A DNA stretch of 64,000 nucleotides from Phoronis australis (Eukaryota; Animalia; Phoronida): positions 186,001-250,000 of the forward strand of contig NMRA01000588.1 in NCBI GenBank assembly GCA_002633005.1. Reading direction: 5' to 3'. The notes beneath the pieces were generated by a model, which was given only the letters and a program-made list of their open reading frames with translations, had not been told where the DNA came from and did no database searches. The number at the start of each line of letters is the position of its first letter. Positions within the stretch are counted from its first letter, which is position 1. Positions 12,501 to 24,500 of this stretch are shown piece after piece. Position numbers and translations under genes: made by a program.

Positions 12501-15500
12501 GTTGAAATGCAAGTGCTGGCCAGGAATGCTCTCATGTTGACCTGTAGCTCATCTTCCAACAGTTTATTTGAAATTTTGCTCTGAAGAGAAGTTGAGGAAC
12601 TGGCATATTGAGAAATGCAAGTTGGGGTCTAGCTATTGCCATGTTAATAAAAATGATATCTCAGACTTTTACTATGAAGCATTTAGTATATTATTATAGG
12701 GTGGGTGGAGTAGCTTATCTTTAGCAAGAATGCGATGTAAATGTACAAGTTAGAATGCTTTTACATTGAACTAAATATTGGTAGATAATTGCCTGTGACT
12801 AGCTTTGAAGTTCTTAATTTTATGATGAGTATTGTTTTTCGGGTCTATAATAACTGATAACAAGGGCCATACAAAGTGCATAGTGCTGAACCTCTGTATG
12901 TCATGAACAGACTTAGAGAATCAGTTAGTGGTTTTGAGTACACACAACTTTAGGTCTGATTGAGGGATTCGAGGCAGAACGTCAGCAAACGATGACGACC
13001 ATTCAAGAATTAGAAGAGAAGAAAGAAGACTTGGTCGTCCGCTATGAGCGCGCTCAACATCGACTCAGTGAATTAGAATCGTCGCAGCAGGAGATTGAGA
13101 CTCTGAAGCAAGACCTGGATAGGCAACAGCAAGCTCTGTCGGAAAGTCTTGGACAGGAAGAACAAGGTATGTTTTTTGTGTGCCCAGTCGCTGTGTTGTG
13201 ATGTGCAAGTTTGCTGTGCACTCCTTACAGTCACACGGTTACCCCTGTCTCAGTTGTTGAGCTGTCTTTCAGGTTCTTGAGCTCTCATTAGTTTAGCTAT
13301 CCGTTTTGCTGCTTAAGTTTGACCTCAGCATGCCTTTAATGAAGCAGATTTTTTTAATTATCACATATTAACACTTTATTTTAACTCATTTTCTCTTACT
13401 GATCTCGGAAAAATATCTAACGATTACGTAGCTCTTGCCATAGGTAATGCCATGCCTTCATTAGATGCAATTAAATTTATTAGAATCTGCGGCTATGACA
13501 ACGTGTGATATGTCTTCCACTGTTACCCATGAGATACAATGGTTTGCTACTTACTGTTCCTGTGATGATATTTAATGTGTACTGTCGAGTTATGTAACAT
13601 AATGTAATGCCATTTGATTAATATGTGACTGTATATCATTGGCAGCAAGCATGTGTCTGTAATTGCCCGTTCTGTTCACTGTCACCTTTCTGTTGTTTCC
13701 ATAGCCACAAAGCCAGCCAGTGGTCACGGTAGGTCGACCGGGTGTCCATTGGCCAGCTTTTAGCACCTGCATGCTTGATATTAAATGTGGATTGTGATCT
13801 GTGCCCACTCCTGTACNCGCTATGAGCGCGCTCAACATCGACTCGACGAATTAGAATCGTCGCAGCAGGAGATCGAGACTCTAAAGCAAGACCTGGATAG
13901 ACAACAGCAAGCTCTTTCGGAAAGTCTTGGACAGGAAGAACGAGGTATGTTTTTTGTGTGCCCAGTCGCTGTGTTGTGATGTGCAAGTTTGCTGTGCACT
14001 CCTTACAGTCACACGATTACCTCTGTCTCAGTTGTTGAGCTGTCTTTCAGGTTCTTGAGCTCTCACTAGTTTAGCTATCCGTTTTGCTGCTTAAGTTTGA
14101 CCTCAGCATGCCTTTAATGAAGCAGATTTTTTTAATTATCACATATTAACACTTTATTTTAACTCAATTTCTCTTACTGTTCTCGGAAAAATATCTAATG
14201 ATTACTTAGCTCTTGCCATAGGTAATGCCATGCCTTCATTAGATGCAATTAAATTTATTAGAATCTGTGTCTATGACAACGTGTGATATGTATTCCACTG
14301 TTACCCATGAGATACAACGGTTTGCTACTGTTCCTGTGATGATATTTAATGTGTACTGTCGAGTTATGTAACATAATGTAATGCCAGTTGATATATTTAA
14401 TATGTGACTGTATATCCTTGGCAACAAGCATGTGTCTGTAATTGCCCGTTCTGTTCACTGTCACCTTTCTGTTGTTTCCATAGCCACAAAGCCAGCCAGT
14501 GGTCACGGTAGGTCCACCGGGTGTCCATTGGCCAGCTTTTAGCACCTGCATGCTTGATATTAAATGTGGATTGTGATCTGTGCCCACTCCTGTACTTGTT
14601 AGGTTTGATTGTCTGTTTTGGACGGGGTAATTATCTCAGTGTCTTCCTATGATGAAACATGTTTTTTGAAAATTTCTCTTCAAGTAAGTCGAAACTTTGA
14701 GGAGCATTGAATTTTTTCTTCCATGAACTTCAAAAACACAGTAAAGAATGTTCCATGCTGACGAAAAACTAAGATGTTTACTTTGAGACCATATTGATGG
14801 CTCTCTGCTGCTATTCAAAGTAACCTTAGAATTTTAAGGGATTGAACCCCAGGAGAGGTTCTATGGCACCACCAGGCATTTGAAGGGATTATTTATAATT
14901 AGATCAGAAATGCCTGTCTCTCAACTGAGTATCTTACATCAAACAAGTACTTTGGATTGCCATGGTCATTATCTACTGTGCTATTGTTATCACTTCCACA
15001 CACTGATATTCATGTCACCGTTTCCAGTTTTGGTGTCAGTTTTAAGAGCTCGTTAAAATTGCTGCCGTTACAACGCCTGTTGTAAATAACAGAAACTTAA
15101 GAGGAAGATGGGGATAGTCATTTTACAGAGGGAGAGACCACTGTGTTAGTGGGGAAAATACTGCGTTGTATACATTGTATGGCAGTCAGCTTTGCTTCCT
15201 AACTCCCCACAGAGAGTTGAGCAGTTTTCGGCATCCGCACAAGCAATGCACACACGGTGCTTTGATATTGTATTGTCCGTTTTCAGGTTTTCTTTTCTGT
15301 GTGGCAGCTTTGTTTTTGGCTCACTTTTTTCTTTTAATTTGAGTTGGTCTGTTATTGTGATTTAGTTACTATAATTGTTTTATTCAGCACACTTCTTAAT
15401 TCAGGTACTTTGTGTGACTGAGTGAAGTGAGTGGATATAGTTCTGTGTTATTTGAATATAAATTATAACGTGCTGCTATTGTCAGACTTTTTATGCAGAA

Positions 15501-18500
15501 ATATAGTTGCAATGTTTTGTTGTCATGATTGTAATCAGTTCCATGTGAAAAATGCAATTTGAGAAAAATAAATTTGGCATAATCTGTTGTAATTTAGAAC
15601 AAATTTTAGTTGACCACGATGTGAAATATGAATTTGTGTAACCCAATTCACAGAAAAAAATTCTTGTCCAGTGAAATTCTGTACAGTTTGCCACTTTCGG
15701 CCATCATGTGTCCATACTTCATGAAGTTGTCATACTCTCAAAATGTGGTGATACTCAGTATAATCAATACTAGCACTTGTCCTTCCGCTTCCAGAACTCC
15801 TGCGGGAGACGTCACAGCTTCGACAAGAGAAGACCGAAATTCAGAAACGTTTCAGCCGTGACACACAGGAGTACGAGGATCGCATTAAAGAGCTTGAGCT
15901 GACGATCGATGAGTTGCACCGCCAGAATGATGAACTGGCGGATGAGAAGAGAACAGATGAGGATGACTTGAGGCAACAAGTAGAGGTGCTGGAGAAACAA
16001 CTGAAAGCTAGCAAGAAATTCATTGAGGTGATTTAGTAGAGAAATGGCTAGTGTTAATAATAGGTTGATCGGGATGATTCGGGTAGACAGAGCTAGCTTG
16101 GGATTCATTGGCTCGTTATGGTGGATTAGGGATTGACGGAGCTAGCAAGATTCATTCAATAGGTGGTTTGTTTTTATTTTGTGAAAGAGATGGAGCTTGC
16201 AAGATATTCATTGATCAGAAAAAGATGATTTAGTACCTGAGGGATATTGACAGAGCTAGCAAGAGATTCATTGCTGTGATTTAGTACACGAGGGATAGTC
16301 AAAGCTAGCTAATGATTTTAGTAGATTAGGATATTGAGAGCCAGTGAGGTTCGCTTAGGCGATTTAGGAAATGAGGTAGATTGGGTTAACAAGAGAGTTG
16401 TTGCCATGCTTTAGTACATTAGAAGTAAAGCTGACCTATATTTTACAGGAGCAAACTCAAGAGCGAGAACAGGAGCGAGAAGAATTCCAACGGGAGATAG
16501 ATCGCCTTGAGGGTACTCGCCAGAACCGCGAGCGGCAGGAAGAGAATGGATCTCGCCTCCAGGTGGAGGTGGAGTCACTGGAGGCGGAGCTACAGCACAA
16601 AGCCGACGCCCACAACGAGTCACTGAGGAAGACACAGTCTTTGGAGAGACAGCTAGCTACACAGACAGCTCGTGTTAAGGAACTGGAAGATTTGCTGATG
16701 CAACTTGAGAATGAGGCTGAACAGCATCTGCAGGCAGAGAGGCAACAAGTGGAGGTTAGATTATTGAGAGGTCGTTGGTTTGAATGCCAAGTACCAATTA
16801 TAGCAGATTAATGTGGCCTTCGTGACTATGGACTTCAGTGCCTGGTTGCATGAGACAGTCCCTAAGAGGGACTCATCGAAGTTCCCTACATTGACTACCT
16901 ATTTGCAGACTTGTGAAAACATCAATTGTCCTTTCTCTTGCTGTTTTAGATTCATAACTAAGTCAACTTTTGGCTTTGATAGAAATCGAGGGTGAAGTCA
17001 ACATTGAATTCTCAATATCATGGAAAATAAAGGATTTTTTCTTGCAACGCCCCAACTTAATTACTAAGTCTCTATTTGTTTCCATTGAACTCATGGCTAA
17101 GTGTTTAGATAAATTATATCATTAGTCAAAGAGGAGTTAGAAATTAAGATGAAAAATGATAGAAAAAATACATCTGTCAGCAAAGAACGACACAAATAGG
17201 TAAAAGATTAAGGGAACTTAGTGGAGTCCATATTCAAGTGAGACGGTTTCATATAACCGGGCACTGCAACCTCTCTCAGGATGAGCCTAATGATTATATG
17301 TACATATGAAGAGGATATGGCTTGTCTTTGGCCCAAACCTGACATATAATTTGTTATTTGTTGTGAACAGTTTTGAAGAAAATTGGTTTGTTTTTCAGAA
17401 GCTTAAAGAAGCCGACGCTGCGTTGAAGGCTCACCAGGTGGAGCTAGAGAAGCTGCAAAAGGATGAAGTTCAGGTTAGTCCCAAAACTTATCATTTTTTA
17501 AATGCAGTAATTGTTACTGATTTGTATACTTTCGTGGATGATCGTCTTGTTTAAGGGAAATTCTTTTTTTAATATCATTGAATGTATGCTCTCTCAGCAG
17601 TATTTATGTCCGTAAACATTGTAAGCAGAAAATCTGTCCTTTGCTGTTTTTAGAAACTGAGAGACGCAGAGAGCAAGATTGTTGAAAAGGAGGCTCAACT
17701 GGACTCGTTTAAACAGGAGATGGAGGTTTGTGATTTGAACATTTTCCCCTGAAACTAAACCTTTGCTGTGGTGCTACTTACCTGTATCAGGGTCCAGGGC
17801 ATGTGTAGTGCAAGCATGTTACCCATGGGGGAAAAGAGGTCAGACTTTCTGGTGAATTTTCATCTTGTATGCTTAAACCCTGTGCTTTCCACCAAAATGT
17901 TCTAAAAATGATATTGTTTTCCTCGGCTCCAGGGAAGAATCGGGTAGGAAACAAAATTGGACACTCTCAGTTTCCGTGATCCTTTCTTGTTGAATGTGAC
18001 CATATTTCTCGAATACCATGAATGGTGTTTTGAGCTTTGAAATAACATTATTTGTTTATTTGTGTTCACGGATTCATACTGGGCTACCCATTAGACGTGC
18101 CTCTCCCCCTGGGTGATACATAGTGTGCACAAAATCTTTTTCCATGTTTTAAGGTGTGAGTGCTCTGTCAAGATGGCATTCATTTGACAGATGATTTCTA
18201 CAGTGCCAGTCCGTTCAATCAAAGGGTGTTTTGATTCATAATTACATGAGTGTCATTACACTCCTAGTCTTAACATGAAATATGGCTAAACATTTTTCTT
18301 TGGCCTTTAATGTAATTGTAGAAGTTGAACATATCAAGAGTGTAAAATGAAAGACAGTGCGGACATGGTAACTGTTTATTTATTTTGGCATGTCAATGAA
18401 AATGTTCATAATTTCCTTAATAACCCGACATTGTGTTTTCTCATGTAAAAGATTTGTATTTAAGATAGCTGTTTGCAATGGGGATTTGTAGAATGTGAAA

Positions 18501-21500
18501 TGTTTGAGAGTTTTTAGGAACTTTGGATATTTCAACTCCTCAGAAATGCTGTTTTCCCATGATTGTTAAGGGCATTCAGTATAAAATTGTTGTTGGACGG
18601 AAGACTGTACAGAATTCTCTCAAAACTAAATTGTTAATTGATAAAAATCTATTACATTTTGCTCCTTGTTTTAACAAAGTAATAGGTTGGCATCTCTGCA
18701 CAATCAGTGCTGTGGTCTTGTCCTGACTCCGTTTAATCTTGCACGAAATCTGCTTGCTTGTCAGCTAATAATGTCATTAATGAATGTTTTGTTACCAAGG
18801 AGATGGCTCAGGAGAAAGATGCCCTTCACCACCAGGTGTGTGACCAGCTACTACAGCTGTCTGCGCTGAGGACAGAGATGGAGGCCAGTCGGCACCGGGG
18901 GCCCGCGGGCGATGCCCCGCCAAGAGAAGATCTCCTGCAACAACTGGAAGATGAAAGAGAGGCGGCCTCTCGCAAGTCATCTGAGGTACGAGAACATGCT
19001 TTGACGAAACTTAGTCGGTCATGTCAGATATCACCTGCCTTCACTGAAGTTCATAATAATTATTTTTTGTAGTTTTATATCATTGTCCAAAATATTATTT
19101 TGCCAAAAACGTTATGAAGAGTCTTCTTCATGTATTCTAATTAGGGATTGACAATTTAGAAAATGGTCTGCTTCGAATATTTGGATCAATATTTGTAGTG
19201 AATAAATAAGACTTAGTGAATGATTAGCATATTGTATTGTCATTCTCAGACAAATTCTTTGTCCTGTTCGAGTTGTGTTTACTATGGAATAGCTTGCAAA
19301 CATGTTGAATCATTCGTTTTACATTGGATTTTCATAATGCCTGCCAGTCAAGTGTTGAAAGTAATGTAAGATTTACGACCACTGACATACGCTAAAAAGT
19401 GAAATCATGGCGTGTCAGTATTCTGTAATTCTCGATTAAAAACAAGAAAACTGTTTTACTGATTATATTCATTTTCTTCCCAAAGATGAGCAGCCTGCAC
19501 ATCAATTTCATGAATCAATTTTCAACACTTGCCATTATCAATAGTCTGGATTTAAAAACTGTGAGGCGTGTAATTAAAGGAAATTATGAATATTTAAATT
19601 TGTGAGATTTACTGCCAAGGTATGTTATAGTTCCAATTTGTTTGATCGGCTCTGTTTGCCCTCCTAGGCTGCTGAACTAGTTGATCAGTTAGAAGCCTTC
19701 CGTCAGCAGGCTGTTGAGAAGGAGGAGGAAGTTGAACAGTTGTCAGCCCAGATGGAGGTAATGAAGAAACAATACCAGTACCAGGCGGAAGAGAATGAGC
19801 GCCTCCTTCTGGAGTTGAGGCAGACTAACGAAGGTCTTACAGTAAGGGCGGCTTCTTTTTATGCGCCCACATATTTATATGTGGACGCATTATGCCGTCA
19901 TCTCTGTCCGTCCGTCCGTCCGTCCGGGCGGCGTCCGTCCGGCGTCCGGCGTCCGCTGCTCTATCTCCAAAACCCTTTGACATACGTTCATGAAATTTGG
20001 CACATATGTTCCATTCATGAATGGGACGGCATGTGCGAACTTTCGGACGGATCCGACTACCGGTGTGCCCCCTAGTGGCAATTTTAGTTTTTTACGCTTA
20101 CCTTTGTATCTTCAAAAGTCCTGAACGGATTTTCATGAAATTTGGTATGTAGGCACCTAGTAGTGAGATGACGCTATCCTGCCGTTTTCGGATGGATTCG
20201 ACATAGTTTGCGCCACCTAGTGGCNAGGTGTGTGACCAGCTACTACAGCTGTCTGCGCTGAGGACAGAGATGGAGGCCAGTCGGCACCGGGGGCCCGCAG
20301 GCGATGCCCCGCCAAGAGAGGATCTCCTGCAACAACTGGAAGATGAAAGAGAGGCGGCCTCTCGCAAGTCATCTGAGGTACGAGAACATGCTTTGACGAA
20401 ACTTAGTCGGTCATGTCAGATATCACCTGACTTCACTGAAGTTCGTAATAATTATTAATTTTTTTGAAGTTTTATATCATTGTCCAAAAAATTATTTTGC
20501 CAAAAACATTATGAAGAGACTTCTTCATGTATTCTAATTAGGGATTGACAATTTAGAAAATGGTCTGATTCGAATATTTGGATCAATATTAAAATTTTGT
20601 GGTGAATAAATAAGACTTAGTGAATGATTAGCATATTGTATTGTCACTCTCAGACAAATTCTTTGTCCTGTTCGAGTTGTGTTTACTATGGAATAGCTTG
20701 CAAACATGTTGAATCATTTGTTTTACGTTGGATTTACCATTGCCTGCCACTCAAGTGTTGAAAGTAATGCAAGATCACGACCACTGACACATGCTAAAAA
20801 GTGAAATCATGGTGTGTCAGTATTCTGTAATTCTCGATTAAAAACAAGAAAACTTTTTAATCTGTTTTACTGATTATATTCATTTTCTTCCCAAAGATGA
20901 GCAGCCTGCACGTCAATTTCATGAATAAATTTTCAACACTTGCCATTATCAATAGTCTGGATTTAAAAACTGTGAGTCGTGTAATTAAAGGACATTATGA
21001 ATATTTTAATTTGTAAGATTTACTGCCAAGGTATTTGTTCGATCGGCTCTGTTTGCCCTCCTAGGCTGCTGAACTAGTTGATCAGTTAGAAGCCTTCCGT
21101 CAGCAGGCTGTTGAGAAGGAGGAGGAAGTTGAACAGTTGTCAGCCCAGATGGAGGTAATGAAGAAACAATACCAGTACCAGGCGGAAGAGAATGAGCGCC
21201 ACCTTCTGGAGTTGAGGCAGACTAACGAAGGTCTTACGGTAAGGGCGGCTTCTTTTTTGGTGTTTGTGGTGTCTCTTAGGTAGCCGGGAAGAGTTTTGTA
21301 TTGTAGGAAATATGTTATCACTTATTGCTATTCTTAATTGCTTCTTGGGTTGACGTGCCTTGAATATTAAGAAGTGGCTTATGTGGTAATCAGGAGTATT
21401 ATTATGGATTCGTTTTGTTGGTTCCTTAGTCACTCTAATCCTTTCGACTGCATGTCTATTGCACACTATGGTTCTCGTGTAATGTATTTTTTCATTGGGT

Positions 21501-24500
21501 AAAAACTTCACAGATTTGCTTAAAAACTATTTTGTTCTCTAATTACTCTACCAGTCTGAGAGTGCAAACAGGGTATGAATGATAAATAATCTACATAGTA
21601 CCCTTAGCTACCTAATGAGTATAAGTTAGGTTGTATTGGATTCCATAGTTTGTTTCCAAAAATATGGTAGATGCATTTTGTTCACTTGCATGCTAAGCAA
21701 ATACTTTCGAAAGTCACCGAGGAGAGAAATGATAACAAAAAATCAAATAGGTACGGCAATTTTTTCACTTATATCTCAACTTTTAATCACATACTCCAGG
21801 AAGAGATCAATGCCCTCAGAGTGCAAGCAGACCCTTCTCTACACCAGTTTGCCAACAGCCTGTTGGACGACAAGAATGCCGAGATCGAGCACTTGACCCA
21901 AGAATTGGAGCGTCTCCGGGGGGAAGTACAGCAGGTGAGTGGGAGGGTCTGGATAGAGGCCACTGAGAGGTGCTGGGGAGGTGACAGGGAGAGGCTAGTG
22001 GGACTGTGGGAGGGGTCATGAGGTTGCGCCCTGAGGTGCTGGGGAGGGCAGGCAGGGGACACAGGGAGGGGCTGGGGAAGGCACACTGGGAGGGATGTGG
22101 GGAAGGGACACTGGGAGGGTTAGGAAGTGGGCACTGGGAGGCCCTAACAACCAGAGTTGGATTGTCGATGCCACTGGGGAAATGTTTCTTAAGCAAGGGG
22201 CTGACGTGTGTAAGTGGCAGTGAAAACAACAGTCAGTGCTGCTTCTGTCTTGTTTTCAAAATCCTGTTATTTTTTATAATTTTAAAACGACTAGTTATTA
22301 ACTGTAACCTTCCGTAGTGGTCAGAGTGTCAAAGGCTCACAAATTTTATACAGAGTTGTCTCTAGCTTTTGAACTACTGATTAATTAGAATGATTGATCA
22401 AAGGCAATTATTTCCATTATCATCTGTTATCTGCTTTAGTTTATAGTTCTGAATACCACAAAGAGCAAGATTTCTGTTTTTGTGCGGTGAAATTCACCTT
22501 CAATAGCCAAATATGCTGTCGCATTCTTGTTCACTGTAATTTTGATTTGTCCAAATTCCAGTGTGTTAATTTATAAACCTTGTATTTCAACAGGCTGACC
22601 AACTGCCAAAAGATCAGGCGGTAGCCATGACCACGGAGGACATGTCAGCACTTTTGCACGAACGAGAGGTTGAACTGGAGGCTCTCAAAGTTCAAAACGA
22701 CGCTCTTCGCGCTGAGGTTGATCACCTTAATGAGTTTCAGGTGCATGTTGTGACATAGCTATTTCTGCAACCTGTCAATCATTCATTTATTTTAAATCTT
22801 AATGGCTTATTTATCGGGCTAATACTGAACTGCATGGTCGTTAGGTTGTGTAGAATCTGGCAAAATGTTACACATTGCGAGATTCAATTTTAGGACTTTG
22901 CTTTTAATTAATCCATGCTTACATGTGTGCACACTCACGCACACACATGTGCACAATCGTGCGCACACACCTGCATCCACATATCTTGTGGTTTCTTTTG
23001 ATTAAGAGATCTAATTCATGGCTAAACCACGCTGCCTCATCTTCAATCTGAGAAGTGATAACTGGAAATTAAAACATGTATCATGTCCTGTCTTTGGTCA
23101 CTGTTTGTCAGCTGAACTCAAAACCAATGAAAATTTATGACATCACATTCTCTGAACAAAATTTATTACGTTTCAATTAATTTATTTCAAGTACGTTATA
23201 TACGACAAATTCAAATTTCACAGACCAGAGTCCCAGGTATCACTTGCATATACAGTGAGTGTTATAAATATACTGAAAATTTACACATTCTTTCAAAAGA
23301 AAATTAAACAAAATTGAAATACCCACTACAATTCAGAACGGCCTCCATGTCTGTTGACAAGATTGTTTTTGTCTTAGCCTTTTAATGTTTTGCATGAGTC
23401 GAAGTCTTGTTTGTTTCTTACTGTAAGTTGTACTTTTTTCATGTTGTTGTATTTTGTTGTCATGAAGTATTTAAGCTGTGGTAAGTGTCTTCATTGGAAA
23501 GCTGTCGTTGGAAGTTTTCCAATTTCATATTTTCCAACTGAAGCTTTATCTGTTTCTGTTTGGTACAGTTGCCAACTGATTTTTATTTTTCCTTCGCAAT
23601 GTTTTTAGACTGTGGCGCGGAGTGACAGGATCAACCCGGAGGATTACTCAGATTTGGTACTCATAAATGTGATCCCTGAAACTCTGAAAATTTATCAACT
23701 TGCCTTGTTCTCTGTTCTAGCATCAAAATGCTTTGTTGGTGATCTGGGAATGTTGCCGTACAGGCCGCAAAAATTTGTCTGACAGGTCGTCGACTGGTCG
23801 ATTAATTTTTAACAGACCGGGTGTAGATTGCATATCTGATTACAGCTCTAACTTCAGTGCAGGCACTTGAATATTCCCATTAAAACAACTGTTGTCGTGC
23901 CTCATCCAGTAGTGTTTTCTGGTTTTCGCCAGTTTGCCTGATAATGAAACTGTGCTTTGTTGCATGCACAAATATTCAAAAATATGTCTCAGCATGTGTT
24001 CATGGTTTGCTTGCTACTTCTTGTGGATTTCCAACCTAAACGACCAAACTCCTAGCAGTGTGTTGCTTGTCAAGTCAGAGTCTGGTACAAAACAGGTTGC
24101 TGACTCATTGACGACCATTCAGATGAAAATTCGTCACCTGTGCTGTTTGTAGTTTGACAAAAGGCATGGTGGAGTTTTCTGCCACATGTTTTGACTTGCT
24201 TTAAAAATTTCTTTTGGTGAACCCCTTTCTCTCAACCTCTGTATTGTTAATCCATGCCATTTTTAATAAATGGTTTTTCATGAGGGCAAACAAAATTGGT
24301 GCTATTTGCTTACAACTGTCTGAAGATTTTAAGAATGAAAGCCTTTTTTATACTAAAATTACTAACTTCTAGCCCTACTTTAACTTAGTTTCATTAGCTT
24401 AATACCAGTAAGAGTTTAAGCCAAGACAAAACACAAAATATCCTGTTATTCCACGTCATGATGGCTGAGCTCAAATGGAATTAAACATGACGTGTGTAAG

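Larger units (their letters stand above)
18834..21258. other. N-separated duplication (18834-19860 vs 20226-21258); probable haplotype overlap
   Basis: single N at 20225; the copies differ by a transposon present only in copy 1. Confidence 0.85.
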
